Assembly (NCBI GenBank): GCA_002633005.1
Contig: NMRA01000379.1
Coordinates: 1-64,000 of the forward strand
Direction: 5' to 3'
DNA from: Phoronis australis
Lineage: Eukaryota; Animalia; Phoronida
Length of the DNA: 64,000 nt
The position numbers and the translations under genes were made by a program. Under the pieces are notes generated by a model, which did no database searches, was not told where the DNA came from, and saw nothing but the letters and a program-made list of their open reading frames with translations. Shown here piece by piece: positions 13,291 to 24,900 of this stretch. Positions within the stretch are counted from its first letter, which is position 1. Every line of letters begins with the position of its first letter.

Positions 13291-14799
13291 GGTTGTCATT
13301 GTTGGTCTCATTACCCTATTTTCCCTGTTGCTCCCAAGATTCTATAGCTCAACAAGTTGAGAAGTTTACCCCTGTAGCCAATATCTTGCACGACTGATTG
13401 ACTCCATTCTGGCATTTATGGTTGGAGGGCCAGCTCTCTTTTGTTCGATAATTGCTCTAATCTCCAATAAGATCTTATCTACCTTGACTGGGCTGTGCTG
13501 TTAAAAATAAAAGTTAACTTATAACATATTTGAACACAAACCTACAGCATTTCTGAAATTTTCATCAAATGGTGACCATGTTTAGTTTCTGAATCGCCAA
13601 CATCGCCCAACTGCAACTGAAGTTACAACAATCTATTCTTTCCGAATACACTAATTCACTCTGAGTTTGACTGTGTTCACACCTGGTCTATAATAAGCCT
13701 GATAGATAATTAGCCTGCTTGTTGTCATAATAGACAAAAGAGTGTGGTTGGCAGTTAACAATGAAGCTAGATGTTATCACAGGCTCAGAACCCTTTTGGT
13801 AAAGTCACTCAATGGGAAAACACTGTCATGTAGTTTATAGTCACTCCCTGTAACTGAATGTGTCTGTGTTTCATCACTTGTTGCTGGGCCTAGCTAGGTG
13901 GCCACTATGTTCTATCTTCTTCTGATGATGGTGTTTATTTATAATCATTACAGCAATAAGGCAATTTTTTGCTCATTGTAAAGAAATTTTGAAATTATTG
14001 GTCTCACAATCACAGGGAATGCACCAAACAAAAAAATTGATTAGCCAGTAGCATATTTCCCAGCGTCTGTGACACGATTTGTTCTGGTAAGGAGGTTGAT
14101 TAAATTTTACATGTAATCTGCTAAAGTGAGGTGCATATTTTTATCAGCGTTAATGTGATTATTTGAGTGAACTTTCCAAGTATCATGGTAATGTATTCCA
14201 AGTTCAAGTATACAAAATCACACAATATTAAGCAGGATTCCAAGTTCATGCATAGAAAAAAGGACACCAAACCTGCAGCTTTTGGCAAAATATTGAAAAT
14301 GACTTTCCCAGCAGTTCTCTGAAGCAAAATAATGTCTTACAAGCCGTTTAAGACTTGCAATTTTAACCCCAGAATAATCAATTGTGTTTACTTTTGATGA
14401 TTGGCATTGTAATCAAACATGTGCACCAACTTAATTAGTACCTTCTGTCTACCTTAATTAAAAGATATTCACTCAGAAACTGGAAAAATACTTACAACGG
14501 AATAGCCGCTTTTCACTTAACAAATCCTTTAACACCCTTTTATCTCGCACGATGACCTGGTAGGCCTAATGACAACCTTGTCTTTTGATCGCGACACAAT
14601 GTTGGAATGCTGCACTGGCCTGGCGCAACCCCGGACGAAATTCCTGGACATCAGCTCTAAGTTGAAGTAGAAAGTGAAAGTGTGTTCCACAGGCGTAGTG
14701 TATACGAGATCTGACACACAGTAAACTAACCTTCACATCCTCGTGATAACGATAAACAGCTGAGTTCACCACCCTTCTACAATGATGAGGAAATAGTAG

Positions 14800-15135
14800 G
14801 ACTCACTTCCCTGTGGACTCGGGGGGAATCCCCTTTTTGCCTACACCACTGTCGCGCCCTCTTAACTTCCGCTTGAGGTTTGCATACCACACTAGTTTAC
14901 ATATTTGTCTGATATAGGAAATTAAGCGTAAATAGATAACCATAAAGTTTAAATGACCACCTAATGACATCGTTTTGGCTAAAACTGCAATCATCATCAT
15001 CATCATCAATGAATATTCGGCTGATTCTTCCGGATGTTGACAGGAAACGTCACTTCCGTTAAGTACCTTCCGAGTTGAGCTGGGTGATTTTTGGTGACGA
15101 GTATTTTGTATTGTTCTGGGAATTTTGAAGTGAGT
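14800..15135. promoter_or_regulatory. Probable bidirectional promoter and non-coding first exons of TRAF6-like (-) and SCYL2 (+)
   Basis: Relatively CpG-rich patch between two divergent genes whose ATG exons both start with a splice acceptor; ETS cores (aacttccg near 14864, cttccgga near 15027), composite ACGTCACTTCCG at 15047-15058; outward-facing donors gtgagt at 15130 (+) and 14806 (-), alternative gtaagt at 14495 (-). Confidence 0.6.
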
Positions 15136-15300
15136 GATTTACAGATTGTCAAATTACTGTTTTGGATCACCAAATGATATAGGATTTCATCAGTTTCTAC
15201 TTTAGGAAGCGGCTAGCAATGCATATTTACGTTGTAGGTGTGCTTCCCACGAATCATGACCGAACCTCCATTCACTGTCACTGACTCAGTAACCGTCAAT

Positions 15301-15536
15301 TTGTCATTAGCTGAATTGTTAGCACGGTTGCCAGTTTTATGAAGGTCGCTGGTTCGATTCCCGGGTTAGGTTATCTCGGCTATTACTTAGTCGGTTAACC
15401 AACCCTTGGCTATGCATACCACCGTTTCTAGACTTCACAGTAGGGACGGTGATGCTCCCGGCCATAGGGCCTTCAATAATACGCCAGAAGCATTTCGATG
15501 AATTAGGCCTCGCACTGCTTAAAACATCAGCTCTAC
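15301..15536 (+). mobile_element. tRNA-derived SINE (degenerate)
   Basis: A-box-like TAGCTGAATTG (15308) and B-box GGTTCGATTCC (15351) at tRNA spacing, no intact cloverleaf; 3' boundary approximate. Confidence 0.5.
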
Positions 15537-15649
15537 CTACTTGGATATAATGGACCCTTCTTTAGAGAACCATTTCATCCACGAAATAACATGGCCATTG
15601 TTCAGTGATTGCCTAGTTCTCTAAATGGGGGTCCATTATATCCGACTAG
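15537..15649. mobile_element. Short palindromic MITE
   Basis: ctacttggatataatggacccttctttagagaac ... gttctctaaatgggggtccattatatccgactag: about 34-bp imperfect inverted repeats with TA near both ends. Confidence 0.7.
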
Positions 15650-16268
15650 TGTCAAACCATCAAAGCCGTGTTGCTATAAGTTTATAAGTACTTTTTGCAC
15701 ATAGAGGGATACCTTAGGATGTCTTTAATATCTTCCAGCTCGAACAAATGCTCCCGTAATTAAACTTTTTTCGAGCAATCTTTTTTTTCAGTGCCCAAAT
15801 TGGCAACTGGCCATTTGTACATAGCTCAAGATAGGGATAAGATGTCTTCTGTGTGAGGCATAATTTGGCGAAAAACTTCCGGCTTACAGGTTGCATTAGG
15901 CTGTGTCCCCTAGATTCGGCTTAGTCATCTAGCTAGCTGTATGAAGACTCGTCAAAATGCAGTTAGGAACCACTGTGCTGTAAACTCCAGTAGACCTCAA
16001 AATTTCACACCAGTAAGTCAATAGGTAGAGCTACCTAACTGTGGCAGTGCATGCAAAATGTGGGTGTCTATCCACACTCACCTTGCCCGTAAAGTGCAGA
16101 AGAACAATCTAATTAATGAAATTTTCTTGCGTAATTCTGCACCTTTTCTATCCTCGTTTTGAAAACAGTATGCTCGTGACATGCACACACGTCATTTGGT
16201 AACTTTTTGTGACGTCTTGGGGGATGATGACACCTTCACAACAACAAATTTGCTCAGCACTTTGACTT

Positions 16269-18414
16269 GCTGGTATTAAAATAGAAAAACATAAAATGAA
16301 ATGAATCCAATTACAAGAATTTGTTGTGTTATGCTTGCAAACTTCTAATTCATGGCGCCAAAAGCCGTCGCTTAAAATCGCTTCCAAACTTTAGCAGCAG
16401 AATAACTGTAGAAAGCCAATTTTTCTTACAGCTGTAAATAACTTAGTTTACTCATGTAAGAGCAGTGTAGTGGCTTATTTTGAGTCAGATTTTATTTCAC
16501 CTGTTTTTACCCGCATTGGCACAAAGCTGCATATTTAGCATAACATCTTTGCATCAAGGCTAGATTCAACTCTACCTGGGATGCCTGTGGGTTGTTGCAG
16601 ACCAAACCACAGGCACTGTTATCAGCCGTTAGGCATACTATAATAACTTGGAGATATGAAAGAGAGATTCAACATGGCTACTGAGCAGGCGAGTTTTTCC
16701 TGATTAAAATAAGTGCGATAGCCAAAAGTTCTTTAAATCGGTAATTGCAGGTATCGTTGCTTAACCTTTTTGACTATTAAGTGAAAACCCGATCATTAAA
16801 GACAATTTGATCAGTCACATTGGGAAGTGTCCTAATATGTACCACCCCACACTCACTGTCGCCAATTTTGGTCCTGATAACGATTGAAATTCAAACACTG
16901 CAGTAATTTGCAAGTTACAGTAGCTTCAATTGGTACACACATTATTTGGCTCCCCAACTCACATCAAATGGAAGTGCGCCAGATCTATTTAGTGCAGGCT
17001 GCAACAGGGATCACAGCACGGGAGAACATATCTCTAGTATAAACCAATTAGTAAAGTATTGAGCAGGTTGTATGGCTTTACATTGCTTTATAGAACCACC
17101 CGAAGTGTGGCAAAATTTGCAATCTCGCCACTACATTACACGACGTGTCATTATCTGCTAGTTAACCTTCGATCCAGGTCAGACAATGAATGACCCCAAT
17201 CTAAATACAAGCAGAAGCTAATCACAGGGATAACCTCGCCAGATTGTGGCGTAATGGCATTCGCTGCACTCCCTTCTGTACTTGTGGTATATTCTAGAGA
17301 TACTGTATTGTCACGTATTAGCTCCTGGACATTTTTTCACCNGCTGGTATTAAAATAGAAAAACATAAAATGAAATGAATCCAATTACAAGGATTTGTTG
17401 TGTTATGCTTGCAAACTTCTAATTCATGGCGCCAAAAGCCGTCGCATTAAATCGCTTCAAAACTTTAGCAGCAGAATAACTGTAGAAAGCCTATTTTTCT
17501 AACTTAGTTTACTCATGTAAGAGCAGTGTAGTGGCTTATTTTGAGTCAGATTTTATTTCACCTGTTTTTACCCGCATTGGCACAAAGCTGCATATTTAGC
17601 ATAACATCTTTGCATCAAGGCTAGATTCAACTCTACTTGGGATGCCTGTGGATTGTTGCAGACCAAACCACAGGCACTGTTATCAGCCGTTCAGCATACT
17701 ATAATAACTTGGAGATATGCAAGAGAGATTCAACATGGCTACTGAGCAGGCGAGTTTTTCCTGATTAAAATAAGTGCGATAGCCAAAAGTACTTTAAATC
17801 GGTAATTGCAGGTATCGGTGCTTAACCTTTTTGACTATTAAGTGAAAACCCAATCATTAAAGACAATTTGATCAATCACATTGGGAAGTGTCCTAATATG
17901 TACCACACCGCACTCACTGTCGCCAATTTTGGTCCTGATAGCGATTGGAATTCAAACACGGCAGTAATTTGCAAGTTACAATAGCTTCAATTGGTACACA
18001 CATTATTTGGCTCCCCAACTCACATCAAATGGAAGTGCGCCAGATCTATTTAGTGCAGGCATCAGTTGGGGCTGCAACAGGGATCACAGCACGGGAGAAC
18101 ATATCTCTAGTATAAACCAATTAGTAAAGTACTGAGCAGGTTGTATGGCTTTACATTGCTTTATAGAACCGCCCGAAGTGTGGCAAAATTTGCAATCTCG
18201 CCACTACATTACACAACGTGTCATTATCTGCTAGTTGACCTTCGATCCAGGTCAGACAATGAATGACCCCAATCTAAATACAAGCAGAAGCTAATCACAG
18301 GGATAACCTCGCCAGATTGTGGCGTAATGGCATTCGCTGCACTCCCGTCTGTACTTGTGGTATATTCTAGAGATACTGTATTGTCACGTATTAGCTCCTG
18401 GACATTTTTTCACC
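16269..18414. other. About 1.07-kb tandem duplication split by one N; probable uncollapsed haplotypes
   Basis: 16269-17341 versus 17343-18414; roughly 25 substitutions and two 12-bp indels counted by eye; the junction is exactly the N at 17342. Confidence 0.85.
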
Positions 18415-18975
18415 CAGCGCTCATTCCAAACTTGCGTTTAGTGAAAACCTGGCATTACGTATTCAATGAGGTCAATTTTACAGAGCCAGCGCTTACTGTA
18501 GTTGTTACCAAGTGGTGTGCTTGATAGGTTATAAACACTGTTTGTGTCACTTGACAACCACATCCAGATGAGTTCTGGACTTTTCTGCGAACAGTTTAAA
18601 AGGACCACAATGTCACTCATCATTTTACGCCTGCAGCGTTACCTGCTTTCATTGCGATTTTTCAAAACCAAAAATTGAAACAGAATCATGGAGTCGGTGT
18701 TCACCAGAGGTGTGCACTGTAAACTGATAGTAAATGGCCTAAAATTAGACTAATCAGAAGGTATACTCTGGGACAATTTTCTGCCCAAACAGCTGAGAGA
18801 CCAGAAATCGAAACTGGACTGTATTGATAGTTGGTTGTTATTGACAATAACATTCTTAATAATTGCTTTCTCAGTCGTTGTACTGACACAACAAACATTT
18901 GAAACTAAATGAATTTCAGGCTACATTGATGTGCTTCTCTTCAGATTATCATGTGGTAAGATTTGAACCTAATTT

Positions 18976-19180
18976 AATGTTGAAATGGCATGTGGTTATT
19001 GCTGAACGTGTGATGGGTATCATTCTAGACTCACATGTTACAATGTTCAAATGGTATGTGGTTATTGCTGAACGTGTGATGGGTATCATTCTAGGCTCAC
19101 TTCTTACAATGTTGAAATGGTATGTGGTTATTGCTGAACGTGTGATGGGTATCATTCTAGGCTCACATGTTACAATGTTC
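18976..19180. repeat. 66-bp minisatellite, 3 copies
   Basis: Units start at 18976, 19042 and 19108. Confidence 0.95.
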
Positions 19181-19787
19181 CTGGTTCTTTGAAACTAAAG
19201 CTAGCTTTAGGTCAAATCCACAAACTTGTTATCGTAGACCATGCTTGAGGGGTGAATCTAGATGTTTATGTCCATTTATTTTGCACACTCACGTAATTTT
19301 GCACACTAAAGGTTATTTGAAAAAACAATTTTTTGCCCATCACTAATTTTGCAAGTCTGTAAGCAATCAATGAACAACTCATCAATATTGTAATTCAGAA
19401 TCTTTAAATTTAGAAGCCGTTTTGCAATTTTGTTAGGATTGACCATCCTGAATAGCCATGTCACCCTCTCGGAACGGTGGAAATTCTTGAGCAAAACGCA
19501 CTGCCTTTGTTTGGCAGACGACATGCATATTTCACACCCATACACATGAAGCTGATGAGAAGTTGCCTGAATGGATCAAGATGTTAATTTTCGCTTTCAT
19601 TCTTCTGATTGACTGTGACTTACCTGTCAGAAACGTAACTTTGGTTCAGATTTCTAATGTACCATATGAAGTTGGTATCAGCTTGGCTTGTCATGATACA
19701 TCCTTTTTTGTCAGCTCTGTTAACTGGATTTTATTTCCGATTCTGGTTTTTCCGTTGTAGCCCGTTTACATCATTGCATGTTTCTTT

Positions 19788-19956
19788 GGTCATACATTTG
19801 AGGGTCGTACATTTGAGGGTCGCACACTTGAGGGTCGCACACTTGAGGGCCGCACACTGGAGGGCCGCACACTGGAGGGCCGCACACTGGAGGGCCGCAC
19901 ACTGGAGGGTCGCACACTGGAGGGTCGCACACTTGAGGGTCATACACTTGAGGGTC
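19788..19956. repeat. 15-bp minisatellite, about 11 copies
   Basis: gaggg(t/c)cgcacact(t/g) units. Confidence 0.95.
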
Positions 19957-21842
19957 TTTTTCTGTGAAATATTAAGTCTACCTTTCGGTTTCTGATTTTC
20001 AGTGGTGAATGTTGTGAAGTCGTTTTGTTCAATTTTTTTTTACTTTTAAGGTGGTTTGAACTTTTAACATGAAATTGAAGCTGCTTTGGTCCATGCTTTG
20101 ATGTCAAAGAAATTTTGTTTGACTTATGGGAGTGAGTATTTGAGCTTCTGTAAGTGGCCCAACCTGGCAAAATTGTTGACAGAAGGCATGAATTTATTGC
20201 CCAACTAACCTTTTCCGCAAAGTGGAGGTTTGACTTGTCAGTATTTTTTATAACCCCCCTCCCCCAATGTGACACACTGTTTGCATTGATGATATGCTAC
20301 TTTGCTGAGAACAACACACACATCCTAAAAAGGTTCAAAATAGATTCCAGAGAATATCTATTGACCAAATGGACCAAAATATCTTCAAGATAATTTTAAT
20401 TCCCTGGTGTTTGGCTTTCAACAGGTGTAAATTTTAGGTATTGGAAATCCTAATTCATTGGTCAGGAGGTGAAGTCCTTGATGCAAAAAATGTGTAGTTT
20501 CAAACTTCTGGAAAAAATAAGTGAGTTTCCTCAAGATTTCAATTATTTTTTCTATGATTTATTGAAATATTTTTTACATGTGGCTAAATGTAAGTAGAAT
20601 AATTCCTCGTTACTGGTTTTCATTAAAAAAAAATTCAGTCATGAATATTGACAAACTGTTAACTCCTGGCAAGGTTTGAACCTGTAACCTAAGGGGTCAT
20701 AATATCTCATTGGACTAATGGTAAGAGTGCTGCTCTGAGAATTGAAAGGTCTCAGATTCAAACCATGCTGTGCACATGGAAAATACAATGGTAGTACCCA
20801 CCATGGGTGTACACAATTATGCTCATTGGTCTAAGAACAGCTGAAATTACTGATGGAAACATTATACAATGTAATAAGAGTAGACGCTGGTATAAATACA
20901 CCAAAAGAGAGGATTAAGCATTGCAGATACAAGGTTCAAAGTTACAATAAATGTTTTGTTTTAACATGTTGAAACATTGTTTTGCCATACTGATCTCTTA
21001 GCGAAATTCATATGTTTCTGTATGAGTTGTCCTTCATTAAAATACTTTTGAGTTGACCTTGAAGATGCATTTCTATTGCTTGTTTAGCTGGTTAAAAAAC
21101 GAAAATCAAATTCAACCATCATGCTTGGATTCGATATTCTTTACCAACAAGAACTTTGGAAGCAGCAGCTGGTCAAGTAAACACTTCAAAGATTATTGGG
21201 GGTCATGAACTGCTCCTAAAAATGGCGTGAATTCAAAAATGGTACATGAACTGGTCCAGGAGTTAGGTGCAGGGATAGAATCCTATTATGGCAAGGAATA
21301 TTATTTTTATGAGATTTAATAGACCCAGTTAAATTTTCAGTTTTATAGTATACCCGTATATTTTGCAGGATCTTAATAGGATTTGGCAGATGTGTTCATA
21401 TGAAGCTGATAGGCGACGGAAGATGGGTTTGAATACTGGCAGTTTTTTCACGTTTGCCTTTCGTAATCCTTGACTGATTTTCATGAAAGACGATGACACT
21501 TTCCCATTTTTGGGCCCCTTTTATGAATTCTGCTCCATATAATGGCCATGTTAAATGATGGTAATTAAGTCCCCATAAATGCACACCATTTATGTTGTGG
21601 TCATGAGTGTATTTCATTGCACCGCGTTGCTCTTGTTTAGCAAGCTAAACGGGGCAAAATGTAGCTTTAACAAAATTTTCTGTTGCTTTCGTCCTGATTT
21701 TGTGACTATGGATTGTTATGGATTGCTACAGCGCTAAGACATAGTCAAATGGCGATTTGATTTTAGGCCAAAGAAAACCAAAAAAGCAGATGGTTTTGGC
21801 AACAGTGCCCCAAGTGTTGCAGACTCCGTGTTAGAAGCCGGC

Positions 21843-21995
21843 ATGGACGTGTTTCAAAAACTGAAGAGTACAGTAACAGGAGCGTTGCCTGGCAATCCAG
21901 TGACTCGAGAGTTCGACCTTGGACGCCATGTTGCAAGTGCTGGGCCAGGGCTGCTATGGAAGATCTATGATGCCGTGAAGAAAACAACGAAACAG
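21843..21995 (+). CDS. SCYL2: SCYL2 coding exon 1
   Basis: MDVFQKLKSTVTGALPGNPVTREFDLGRHVASAGPGLLWKIYDAVKKTTKQ|gttgac. Confidence 0.93.
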
Positions 21996-24900
21996 GTTGA
22001 CTGTCAGAGAAATTATTTGTGTAGTCTGTGAATTCAAAAGTTGTCTGCTCAATGTTAATACAAAGACCTCACTCAGCCAGCTTTGTGTTCTGTAGCCTAA
22101 CCAAGCTGCACTCAAAGTGAGTCCTGTATTGTTGAGCTTGTATTATTGGCCATGTCACTGGCAATATTGGCCATGTCACTGGCAATATTGGCCATGTCAC
22201 TGGCAATATTGGCTATGTCACTGGCAATATTGGCCATGTCACTGGCGATATTGGCCATGTCACTGGCGATATTGGCCATGTCACTGGCAATATTGGCCAT
22301 GTCACTGGCAAAACTAAGACACATAAATTGGATCTGAGTAACACTTATGCATTGTATTCACCGTCAACCACATTTAACTATTTTGAATAAATTGCGTGAC
22401 TTTAAAAATTAAAATCATAAGCCAGTTTCCATTCTATTTTCTTCTATGTAGATTATCGGCATGAATTCCCAGTATACTAGTAAATGGAAACTATTAGTAA
22501 TGTCACAATCTGTGATGAGTATGAGGATTTTAGTCTAAAATTGAAACTGTACTGCGTCACTGTCTTTGGTGTTTAAAGGTCAGCTCTCGGGTTTCAAGCT
22601 TTGTCCTAGATGACGTCCTTTCATTGTTATGTAAGCACATAGTTTCCTTGTCCGGAAATTAATCCCTTCCTCTTTGTGTTTCCTATCACTTTATTAACAT
22701 CTCATTTTAATCAATTTTCCATTGGGTTTTTTATATTAGATTTACGTCTCAAAATAATAATTACACGAAAAGGACAGCACCTGTAGACACACAAGCACTC
22801 ATGTCACGCCCAAACATACAGGTGGACTCGCTATATTGTGGTTGCTGTGAATAAATATTATTTTGTCATCTGGTGGATCAAGGCTGGCTAAAGATATGAT
22901 TCACAGAGTTTTCAAAGAATAGATTTAAGACCGTTTTTTTAGTATGCATTAAATTTTACATTCGTCTTTCACCATGCCTGGAGGGTTTCCAGGCCATTTG
23001 GACTCCCCGTAAGTTAACCTACGTATTACCTGCATGCTTTCTTTCATTTTTTCGGTTCTCATTCAAGTCATTTGTTTACAGGAAGCGTCGGTATTCATGT
23101 TTGAGAAGAAACTCATTGACCGTTACTCCAAGCGTGACAAGGAGTTAATAGTGGAACACCTGAAGACCGGTGTCTGCCAACTGACTCGACTGCGCCATCC
23201 TAAGATACTCTCCGTCTATCACCCCCTGGAAGAATCAAGGTACCACTTGTCCTGTGATGTGGAGTGATTAGATGGGGAAGGCAGATATTCTAATAATTTT
23301 TTGTTATTACTGACGGAAAAATGTGGAATTCATGTTTTTAGTTTTGGTTTCGTATTTATTAAAACTGTGAATATAGGGACAAGTCTTAGTGTTAATGACT
23401 GTTTTCGTGACCCCTGTGACCTTGTAGTTAGGTAAACCACTAAATGAAAAACCTAACTGCCATATACCATGAATGTGGTAGGTTCACCCATCTGGCAAAA
23501 TGGGATTTGAAGCCCCATGCAGCATCATTTATGAAAGCCATAATGTTTTGGTGCATGTTTTGGGGTGGAACCGTTTGTTTTGATTTTTTTAAGACAACGA
23601 GATGGCATTCCTTATAACGATTGAACCAAATGGACTTGTTGATTGTTTCGACGGAAAGATTCACCACTACTGAGTGGTTTGATCTAGTTTGTAATTTTTG
23701 GCTTGGCCGAATTATTTTTTTTATGGGGAGTTTAAAGAACTGTGAAAACTGCATATAACTGCACTGTTGTATATCAGCGCAATTTTATTACATGACTGCA
23801 CTCTCAGGCCTGGGTAAAATGCCTCCTATAAGTCTGACTTGACTTCTGTACTCATCCATTGGTCCCGATAGCTCCGTGGAATAGAGTGTCTCCACAGTTA
23901 ACAGAAAGTGCCGGGTTCGAACCTCAGTCGTGATAGAGATCTTTTAAGACTTAATTGTGGGTCAGGTGATGTAACCAAGTAAGAGGACTAATGATTCTTC
24001 CTTTCAAAATTTGTATTGTCGTGTTATGTAAACTCACTTTGGCTATCCCTTCAGAGAGACGCTGGCCTTTGCCACTGAGCCAGTGTTTGCCAGTTTGGCT
24101 AATGTTTTGGGTTACCGTGACAACATGCCTGATCCACTTCCACCTGGCTTCAAGGAACACGAGTTATATGAAGTGGAAATAAAATATGGTTTACTGCAGG
24201 TGAGTAAAGTTCTATTGTTAGACAGGATTTGTATGGCAGACCAGGGTCAGGTGGAAATTGACAGTCGTTGGATTATTCAATGAAGGAACGAGTTACCTAA
24301 AACCGAAACACATCCCATTGAATTCACATAGAGTGCCTGGTCGTGTTTGTAATCCCTATTGACACTCAAATTATGTTGTAAGCTTTTGTCTGTCGCTTGT
24401 TGGTGGAAAGACATGCCCATGTAGAAGGTTGTACTATGAGGTGGCAGGTCATAGCTCCTCAGCTCGGTCTTAACTTGTGTATATTACGTCTTGATTAGTT
24501 GTATTAATAGTTTCAGCAGTGGACCAAGCTGGGCGGCCTCTACGTGCACGTCTGATCTAACGTGTATCACGATACCTTCACTATTTTTGCTAGGTTGTAT
24601 TCTATGTAGCCAGACTCTTTGCTTGCAGAATTTTTTCCGAGGTTAGAAAATAGACTAAGGTTCTATGAACTTGAAGGTTTGTGTTACCATGACCTTGTAA
24701 ATTTCATGACCCCTTCTTAATTGGTGTTGAAACATCAGCCTGGCTTCCTATTGCGCACAGGTAATTGAATTTTGCTTAACGCAATTTCAGATGGGCCATG
24801 AGAAGTAATGAAATTATAATTTATAATGATTATAGTGGACCTTTCCACATAGGGAGTGAGTATTGCTATTGGTAACAAAGCATTAACTGTGTTAGTAGTG

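Noticed and set aside
13290-14000. Hammerhead ribozyme expected next to a Penelope remnant
   Set aside because: CTGATGA at 13922 has no matching GAAA core or stems that I could see; an Infernal scan would be needed to be sure
19657-22337. Repetitive peptides (RAAHW)n, (CAALQ)n, (SDMANIA)n, (YWPCHWQ)n
   Set aside because: Translations of intronic 15-bp and 21-bp minisatellites with no splice or codon support
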